From contig CAVYSW010000003.1 of NCBI GenBank assembly GCA_963771275.1, positions 1,568,001-1,632,000 of the forward strand: DNA of 64,000 nucleotides. Reading direction: 5' to 3'. Shown one piece after another: positions 56,168 through 64,000 of the stretch. The notes beneath the pieces were generated by a model. That model saw nothing but the letters and a program-made list of their open reading frames with translations. It did not search any database and was not told the origin of the DNA. The translations under genes and the position numbers were made by a program. This DNA is from an uncultured Gemmatimonadales bacterium. Lineage in GTDB: Bacteria; Gemmatimonadota; Gemmatimonadetes; Gemmatimonadales; GWC2-71-9. Position 1 is the stretch's first letter. Each line of letters begins with the position of its first letter.

Positions 56168-59149
56168 TCACGCGGGCGCCATCCCCGGCTTGTAGATCGC
56201 GCCGCGTCCGTCCCGACCGCCCATGACCACGACGACCGGCTGGTCGAACCGGAGATGGCGCACGAACCCCAGCTCGCCCTGCGACGGCTGGGTAGCGACC
56301 CAGTCCCAGTCCACGAACCCCTCCCCCACCTCCGCGTTCACGGTGAAATAGCCGACCTGGAACGAGGTGAGATTCTGGAAGAAGTGACTTCCCTGGGACG
56401 GGGTCACCCGGAAGTCGCGAAACCCGGTTTCGACGATCACGCGCGCGCCCGAGATCTCGTCCCAGGTGACCGGGATCCCCAGCCACGGATCCGTGGACCC
56501 CCAGCGTCCCACGCCGATCAGGGCGTAGGGGCGCCGCTCGGCGGAGAGCGTCGCGTTGAAGCGGGCGATCTCCTGTGCCGCGACCCGGCTCTGGGAGCGG
56601 TCGAACCGATGGAAGTCCACCACCACCACGTCGTGAATGTCTGTCACACGACCCTGGCCCAGGGCGCACGGGCTGAAGCAGATCAGGTGATCCCGGCGGC
56701 CCTCCTCGAGCGAGGGCCCGTCGCTCTCCCGCAACAGCACGAGCGGCCGCATCTGGAGGAAGCCGAACTCGTGGACGCCCGTCTCGCCGCCGAGCCGGAC
56801 GGCGAACTCGATCTCGGCCTCGCGGTTCATGCCCCGGCTCCCGACTTCCAGCAGGAGCGCGAGGATGTCGGCGAGCGGAAACAGGCCATGCTTCAGCACC
56901 GGGGCGAACGTGACGAGCCGGATGCCGCGCCGGCCAAGGCCGTCGTACACGGCGTGGTTTTCGGCGGAGTAGGTGGAGCCCAGGGCGGCCAGCGTCCCGT
57001 CGGCCTCGGCGGTGGCGAGGGCGAAGCGTCGCTCCCGCATCGCCTCCTCGGGGTCGAGGTCCGGCTCCGCCGGACCGAGCTCGAGCGCCCAGAACTCGCG
57101 CTGCGAGTTGGCGACGACGTCTTCCGCCGACGAGAAATTGAGGATCTGCTGCGGAAAGCGCGGGCAGAAGCTGAGGCACGGCTCGCCCTCGACGACCGTC
57201 CGCCCCATGCCGAGGGCCACCGCCGCCACGCCGTCCTGCGCGCGGAGCGGCGGGACCGGATAGAAGTTGTGCGAGCGCGCCACCCCCGAGAAATCCGGGT
57301 AGTAACGGCCGCCGTGCGGGGCGCCCACCACCTTCTGGAGGATTACCGCCATCTTCTCCTCCTCGAGCCGGTAGGGCGTCGCGTGCAGGTAGGCCTTGGC
57401 GTGGCGGCTGAAGGTCGAGGCGTACACGCGCTTCACGGCCTGCGTCAGCTGGGCCAGCCGCTCCCGCTCGTCGGGGTGGCGGTTGGGCAGCATATACGTG
57501 CTGTAGACGCCGGTGAGCGGCAGGTACTGCGAGTCCTCCAGCAGGCTCGAGGACCGTACGGCCAGCGGCCACCGCACCGCGTCGAGGAAGCCGGCCAGGT
57601 CGGCGACCACGTCGTCGGGCAGGGGCGCCGCGAGGAACCGCGCCAGGAGCTCCGCGTCGTCGGTGTCGCCCAGCGCCAGAGCGAGCAGGTCGTTCGCCGC
57701 GAGGAACCGGTCGAAGCAGTCCGTGGCGAGCACGACGGCGGGCGGCACCGCGACGTGCACACCCGGGAAGTGGCGGCCTACGCCGTGGTAGGCGAGCAGG
57801 TAGCGGACGAATGCCAGGCCGCGGGCCTTGCCGCCGAGCGACCCGCCCCCGATGCGCGCGAAGAAGCTCCCCGCGCCGTCGAACGACTCGCGGTCGAAAT
57901 CCGCCACGAGCGTCTCGCTCTGCCCGCGGCGGTACTCCGCGATCGCGTCGATCAGGTTGCGGCGCAGGTCCTCGAGCGTGGGGAAGTCGGAAACCTTGCG
58001 CGGCCTGAGCCGGTCGGCGAGGGCGAACTCGGTGCGTGCCGTGAGCCAGTTGGAGAAGTGGTTGCGCTCGCCGTGGAACGCCAGGCTCTCGACGGGGACC
58101 GTGTGGAGCAGGGCCTCGAGGGTCTTGAGGTCGCCAGCCCGTCCGACCTCTTTGCCGTCGGGCGTGCGGAAGATGAAGTCGCCGAAGGCGAAGTGCTCGA
58201 TCATGAACTGGCGCAGGTCGCCGAGCAGCGTGTCGGAGTACTTGCGTAGGAACTCGGCGCCCACGGCACGGGCCCCGGGTGCGAACTCGCTGCGGCTGGA
58301 CTGCAGCAGGATCGGCAGGTCCGGCACCGCCGCGCGCGCCATGCGCGCGAGGTCGAAGCCCGCCTCACGGGACGGCGTCCCCCCGCGCGGGAACTCGACG
58401 TCCGAGATCAGGCCCTGCAGGTACGGGCGGTACCGCGTGAACAGCTCCCAGGCCTCCTCGAAGGTGGTCGCGAGCAGGATCTTGGGACGCGCCCGCATCC
58501 GCACCAGCTTGTGCGAGAGATTGACGCCTTCGCTGATCAGCCGGTGCGACTGGCTGATCAGCTCCGTGTAGATCGTCGGCAGGAACGACGAGTAGTAGCG
58601 GACGTTGTCCTCGACGACCAGGATCACGGGCACGCCCACGATCGCCGTGTCGTGGGCCACGTTGCGCCGGTCCTCCAGGCACTTCACGATCGCGACCAGG
58701 ATCCGCGCGTTGCCCTGCCACAGGAAGATGCGCTCGATGTCGGCGATGTCGTGCCGGGCCATGAACTCCTTGCGCTCGTTGTTGTCGAACGCGAGGACCA
58801 CGACGGGCACGTCCAGCCCGGCGGCCTTCACGGCCCGCGCCAGCTGCGTGGCGTCCATGTCGCCGGGGTTCGGCGCCGTGATGATGAGGTTGAAGCGCCG
58901 GTCGGCTCGGGCCATCGCCAGGGCCTCGGCGCCGCTCGCCACGTGCGTCAGGCCGGGCGTGTGGTGCAGCGACAGCTCGAGGAACTCGTCCAGGATCAGC
59001 TCGTTCAACCGGCCGTCTTCCTGCAGCGTGAACGAGTCGTACAGGCTCGCGACGAGCAGGATGTCCTGGACCCGGAACGGCATGAGGTTCTGAAACGCCT
59101 GGTAGGGATTGCTCACGTACTGGGCGAAGCGCCCGGGCTGGCTCGTCAT
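56168..59149 (-). CDS. Receiver-domain / PEP-pyruvate-binding (PPDK_N, PEP-synthase-like) fusion protein
   Basis: N-terminal REC-like segments ('ILLVASLYDSF', 'ILVVEDNVRYYS'); 'GGKARGLAF', 'LAVRSSSLLED', 'FLQMRP', 'SQGSHFFQN'. Confidence 0.85.
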   Translation of the reverse strand: MTSQPGRFAQYVSNPYQAFQNLMPFRVQDILLVASLYDSFTLQEDGRLNELILDEFLELSLHHTPGLTHVASGAEALAMARADRRFNLIITAPNPGDMDATQLARAVKAAGLDVPVVVLAFDNNERKEFMARHDIADIERIFLWQGNARILVAIVKCLEDRRNVAHDTAIVGVPVILVVEDNVRYYSSFLPTIYTELISQSHRLISEGVNLSHKLVRMRARPKILLATTFEEAWELFTRYRPYLQGLISDVEFPRGGTPSREAGFDLARMARAAVPDLPILLQSSRSEFAPGARAVGAEFLRKYSDTLLGDLRQFMIEHFAFGDFIFRTPDGKEVGRAGDLKTLEALLHTVPVESLAFHGERNHFSNWLTARTEFALADRLRPRKVSDFPTLEDLRRNLIDAIAEYRRGQSETLVADFDRESFDGAGSFFARIGGGSLGGKARGLAFVRYLLAYHGVGRHFPGVHVAVPPAVVLATDCFDRFLAANDLLALALGDTDDAELLARFLAAPLPDDVVADLAGFLDAVRWPLAVRSSSLLEDSQYLPLTGVYSTYMLPNRHPDERERLAQLTQAVKRVYASTFSRHAKAYLHATPYRLEEEKMAVILQKVVGAPHGGRYYPDFSGVARSHNFYPVPPLRAQDGVAAVALGMGRTVVEGEPCLSFCPRFPQQILNFSSAEDVVANSQREFWALELGPAEPDLDPEEAMRERRFALATAEADGTLAALGSTYSAENHAVYDGLGRRGIRLVTFAPVLKHGLFPLADILALLLEVGSRGMNREAEIEFAVRLGGETGVHEFGFLQMRPLVLLRESDGPSLEEGRRDHLICFSPCALGQGRVTDIHDVVVVDFHRFDRSQSRVAAQEIARFNATLSAERRPYALIGVGRWGSTDPWLGIPVTWDEISGARVIVETGFRDFRVTPSQGSHFFQNLTSFQVGYFTVNAEVGEGFVDWDWVATQPSQGELGFVRHLRFDQPVVVVMGGRDGRGAIYKPGMAPA

Positions 59150-59164
59150 CGACGCTCCCCGAGG

Positions 59165-59206
59165 AACGGCAGCGCGGGGTGGACGAGTCCACCCCGCGCT
59201 GTTGTT
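59165..59206. terminator. Long GC-rich hairpin between gdhA and the PEP-synthase-like gene
   Basis: CAGCGCGGGGTGGAC-GA-GTCCACCCCGCGCTG, perfect 15-bp inverted repeat at 59170-59201. Confidence 0.6.
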
Positions 59207-59221
59207 GGCGACGTCACGGCC

Positions 59222-60820
<1,599 letters not shown>

Positions 60821-60825
60821 TCAGC

Positions 60826-61896
60826 TCAGCGACCGAGTGAGTAGGTCAGGGCGCTGGTCAGCAGCCAGTCGTGCTTCTTGGCGTCCCCCGGCGGGTTGTT
60901 GTTGACCTCGTTGCGCGAGGCCACCCGGAAGCCCAGTCCCTTCACGATCGTCGTGGTGAGGCTCGAGGTGGAGAGGATGCGGTAGTCCCGGAAATTCTCG
61001 GTGCTCGGGGCCCAGTCGAACGTCCACTGGAAGTCGATCGGGCCGAGCTTCTGGGCGAGCGCGGTGCCGGCCGCCACGATCGGCGTGGTGCTCACCGAGT
61101 CCGGCGCGTGGAAGTTCTCGCGCCGGTAGCCGGCGGACAGCGACACTCGGAAGTCCGTGGCCGCACTGGCGAACACCTGATACCCGAGTCCGCCGTTGTA
61201 GGCGGACCGCAGATCGAGGTTCTGCAGCGTATCGCGCTCTTGGGTCGTTGCCGCGAACGCGAACACGCGGCCGCTGAAGAAGAGGTCGATCCGGCCGTTG
61301 CCGTAGAGCTTCGCGACGGTCTGCACGAGCGCCGAGTCCGGCCACGGCGTGGCGCGTTGCTGGGCGATCCCGAACCCGAGCTGGATCCGGTCCTTTGGCG
61401 TGCGGCGCTCCAGGCCGATGTCCCCGGTGAGGCCGCGGGAGCTCCCATTCCCCGTCTTGGCGGAGAAGCCGAAGCCGACGGTCGCGCTCCAGAACCGGGT
61501 GAACGGGCTGAAGTAGCCGATCCGGACGGGCCGCAGAGCGTCGAGCCGGTTCGGGTCCCCGACGGCCGCGAGATCCGCCGGCGTGATCGTGCGGGTCCGG
61601 CCGTCCGCGCCGGTCAGCTGGAGCCGATCCCCCGCCGCCGTCACGGTCCCGGCGAGGATCGCGCCGTCGACGAGGCGGACGCCGACGGGCGCGGAGGTGA
61701 CGTAGGCCGCGACGTCCCCTCCCGCGATCTTGAGCTCGCCCCCCGCATGCCTGAACACCCACGTGCCGCCCGTGATGGCGACGAGCTTGCCGGTCAGCTG
61801 ATCACCGTTCTTGAGCGTCAGCGTCTCCTGCGCCGCGGCCGCCGACGCCAGGAACAGGGCCGCGACGACCGCAAGCGCCCGGATCTTCGTCGTCAT
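60826..61896 (-). CDS. DUF481-family outer-membrane beta-barrel protein
   Basis: Signal peptide, 'LTLKNGDQLTG', 'KTGNGS', 'GGLGYQ', amphipathic strands ending 'LTYSL'. Confidence 0.82.
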   Translation of the reverse strand: MTTKIRALAVVAALFLASAAAAQETLTLKNGDQLTGKLVAITGGTWVFRHAGGELKIAGGDVAAYVTSAPVGVRLVDGAILAGTVTAAGDRLQLTGADGRTRTITPADLAAVGDPNRLDALRPVRIGYFSPFTRFWSATVGFGFSAKTGNGSSRGLTGDIGLERRTPKDRIQLGFGIAQQRATPWPDSALVQTVAKLYGNGRIDLFFSGRVFAFAATTQERDTLQNLDLRSAYNGGLGYQVFASAATDFRVSLSAGYRRENFHAPDSVSTTPIVAAGTALAQKLGPIDFQWTFDWAPSTENFRDYRILSTSSLTTTIVKGLGFRVASRNEVNNNPPGDAKKHDWLLTSALTYSLGR

Positions 61897-61908
61897 GCGC
61901 GGCCGGTC

Positions 61909-62796
61909 CTACGACCGGACTACGATGAGGTACTTCGACGGCGTCCAGAACTCCCACGGCGACATGATCCGCAGCTCCCCGCGCACCTTGCCGTCCTTGT
62001 CGGGCGGCTCGGCCAGGAACTCCGTGTTCTGGCGTGACACGACCTTGTACGCCCCGGTCGAGTCCGGCAGCGGAATCTCGGTCATGGTGCGGAGGTCGAT
62101 GGCCGTGAAATCCGCCGGCTTGAGGTCCGTCGCCGGCACGAGCGTCTTGCCGCGCTTGCCGAAGATGAACAGGACGCGGCTGCCGCCCACTTCGGTCACC
62201 ACGCCCCGCTCGAGCAGCTCCTGCTTCGTGCCGATGACGTAGTACGCCGTGTTCTGCGCCTCGACCAGCTGCTCCACGGTGTCGGTGAGCGCCGCCTTGT
62301 CGGTCGCGAGCTGCACGTTCTCCGACTGCAGCGCCTCCACCCGCGCCGTCAGCACACCGATCGTCGTCTTCTGGTTCTCGATCGTCGTCTGCAAGTCGGC
62401 GATCGTCGCCTCGAACTGCACGCGGGCGCTGTCCGACGCCCGGGTCAGCGAGCGGATGCGCCGCTGACTCTCCTTGAGGCGCTCTTCGGCCTGCGCGATG
62501 CGCGTGGTCACGTCCCCGACCATGGCCCGCAGGCTGTCGCGGCTCGCGGCGATGGGGGATTCGGCCGCCGCGCCGACCTTGGCGAGGCGCTCCCGGTCCG
62601 CGACGGTGACCAGCTGGGCGCTGATCTCGCTCATCAGGCGTGCGTTCTCCGCCACCTGGCTGAGCAGGCTGTCCTTCTCGGCCGACACCGACTGGAGCTG
62701 CGCGAGCTGAGCCTGCACTTCGGGGCTGGGGCCGCGGTTGCACGATGCCACCGCGAGCGCAACGAGCGCGGCGGTCCCGATTCCTATCCTGCGCAT
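61909..62796 (-). CDS. Coiled-coil lipoprotein (resembles Bacteroidetes Cbp1-like family)
   Basis: Lipobox 'VASC', long heptad region, 'NTAYYVIGTKQELLERGV', 'FWTPSKYLIV'. Confidence 0.7.
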   Translation of the reverse strand: MRRIGIGTAALVALAVASCNRGPSPEVQAQLAQLQSVSAEKDSLLSQVAENARLMSEISAQLVTVADRERLAKVGAAAESPIAASRDSLRAMVGDVTTRIAQAEERLKESQRRIRSLTRASDSARVQFEATIADLQTTIENQKTTIGVLTARVEALQSENVQLATDKAALTDTVEQLVEAQNTAYYVIGTKQELLERGVVTEVGGSRVLFIFGKRGKTLVPATDLKPADFTAIDLRTMTEIPLPDSTGAYKVVSRQNTEFLAEPPDKDGKVRGELRIMSPWEFWTPSKYLIVVRS

Positions 62797-62816
62797 GGGT
62801 CCTCCCGGTTGATGCG

Positions 62817-63068
62817 TCATGATTCCACCTTCTCGACGACGATGCGGAGATCCGCGGCGAGCGCAGCCAGCGCGCCGAGCGCGGCCCACACCGGGGCGAG
62901 CACCGCGCCCACGACCCCGAGCGTCAACGGGACCTCGAGCAGTGTCCGTCCCTCGTCATTCTTGATGATGATCCGCCGGACGTTGCCCTGGTGAATGATC
63001 TCCTTGATCTTGGCGACGAGGTTCTCGCCGCGCACCCGGAACTCGGAGGTCTCGACGCGCTCGGCCAT
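62817..63068 (-). CDS. DUF4342 domain protein
   Basis: 'LVAKIKEIIHQGNVRRIIIK...LLEVPLTLG'; AAAGGAG RBS. Confidence 0.88.
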   Translation of the reverse strand: MAERVETSEFRVRGENLVAKIKEIIHQGNVRRIIIKNDEGRTLLEVPLTLGVVGAVLAPVWAALGALAALAADLRIVVEKVES

Positions 63069-63228
63069 ATGGGCTCCTTTCCGACCCGGGCGCCCTGCCC
63101 GGACGCGGTGCAGTCTAGCGCGGCCGCACGCCGAATTCAAACCGCCCGCCGAACGGATGGCGCTAACTCGGGACCAAGGGCTAGTTTACGGTGGCGTCGG
63201 GAACTTCGCAGACACCCCAGGGGGCCGT

Positions 63229-63600
63229 TTGGCTGCTCGCAGGGGTCTGAACCCCATCTACCTGCAGGACCTCGCGGAATCCGGTGGCGAGCCCCTCGTC
63301 CGGGACATCGTTCGGACGTTTCTCGACACCGTCCCCCCCCGCGCGGCGTCGCTGCGCGCGGCCCTGGGAGGGGGTGACGCTGCCGCGGCGGGCCGCGCCG
63401 CCCACTCGATCGTCTCCTCGGCTGCCATGGTGGGCCTGATCGAGGTCCAGGAAGCCGCGCGCGCCATCGAGCTGCTGGCCGCGCAGGGCGGGCCGGTGCC
63501 TCCTGGGCTGATCGGCGTCTTGGACCGGTCCCTGGCGGAGGCCCCGGCGCTGCTCGCTGACGCGATGCGTACGGCCCTCGAGGGAACCGAGGCCGGATGA
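63229..63600 (+). CDS. Hpt (histidine phosphotransfer) domain protein
   Basis: 'RAAHSIVSSAAMVG' Hpt motif; TTG start is uncertain. Confidence 0.8.
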   Translation: MAARRGLNPIYLQDLAESGGEPLVRDIVRTFLDTVPPRAASLRAALGGGDAAAAGRAAHSIVSSAAMVGLIEVQEAARAIELLAAQGGPVPPGLIGVLDRSLAEAPALLADAMRTALEGTEAG

Positions 63601-64000
63601 CCATGGACACCCGCGCCCGCGGCCCCCATGTGGTGCTCGTGGCCGAAGACGATCCGGTGACCACGAAGGTGCTGCTCCACCGGCTCTCTAACGAGCACGG
63701 CCTGCGCGTGGTGCATGCCGACGACGGGACCGCGGCGCTGGAGCTCGCCGAGCGCGAAGCGCTCGACGCCGCCATCCTCGACATCCGGCTCCCCGGCCTC
63801 GACGGACTGGGTGTCCTGGCGCGCCTGCGCGAGATGCCCCGCTATGAGCGGCTCCCGATCCTCATGCTCACCTCACTCGGCTCCGAGAGCGACGTGCTGC
63901 GCGGGTTCGAGCTCGGAGCCGACGACTATGTGGTCAAGCCATTCTCCCCAGCCGAGCTGATCGCGCGGGTCCGGCGGCTGCTCGCGCGCGGCGAGACGGA
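63597..64000 (+). CDS. Response regulator receiver protein (runs off the window)
   Basis: 'VLVAEDD', 'ILDIRLPGLDG', 'ILMLTS', 'GADDYVVKPFSP'; ATGA overlap with Hpt. Confidence 0.92.
   Translation, partial: MTMDTRARGPHVVLVAEDDPVTTKVLLHRLSNEHGLRVVHADDGTAALELAEREALDAAILDIRLPGLDGLGVLARLREMPRYERLPILMLTSLGSESDVLRGFELGADDYVVKPFSPAELIARVRRLLARGET

Overview
High-GC (roughly 70% by eye, not computed) bacterial chromosomal window. Gene content (GWxTD protein, Ser/Thr kinase-TolB-TPR, SusC/SusD pair, small lipoproteins) suggests Gemmatimonadota; this is an inference. In order: (1) an ECF42-type sigma factor locus with two YciI/DGPF genes, VOC, DoxX and ArsR-SRPBCC genes, plus two matching TGTCGA-N17-CGAC promoters; (2) a GH5-like hydrolase, a Ser/Thr kinase and a tripartite RND pump, followed by a diverged copy of the sigma gene's 3' end; (3) OsmC, an ABC pair, an M14 peptidase, a DUF134 remnant and an XRE operon; (4) a glycan/starch utilisation locus (SusC and SusD with many frameshifts, three GH13, GH97, two GH2); (5) a five-gene operon: LeuB-like dehydrogenase, HMG-CoA-lyase-like enzyme, family III CoA-transferase and LeuC/LeuD-like hydro-lyase; (6) a PflX-like radical SAM gene behind an attenuator-like leader, and a cysteine hydrolase; (7) gdhA, a REC/PEP-synthase-like gene, a Lon-like protease and a GGR-family reductase; (8) DUF481, a coiled-coil lipoprotein, DUF4342, Hpt and a response regulator cut by the window edge. 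A miniature palindromic repeat with 9-bp periodicity occurs four times, once in frame inside an amylase N-terminus. I recognised no rRNA, tRNA, CRISPR array, transposase or integrase. All family calls come from motif recognition by eye; no database search was run.
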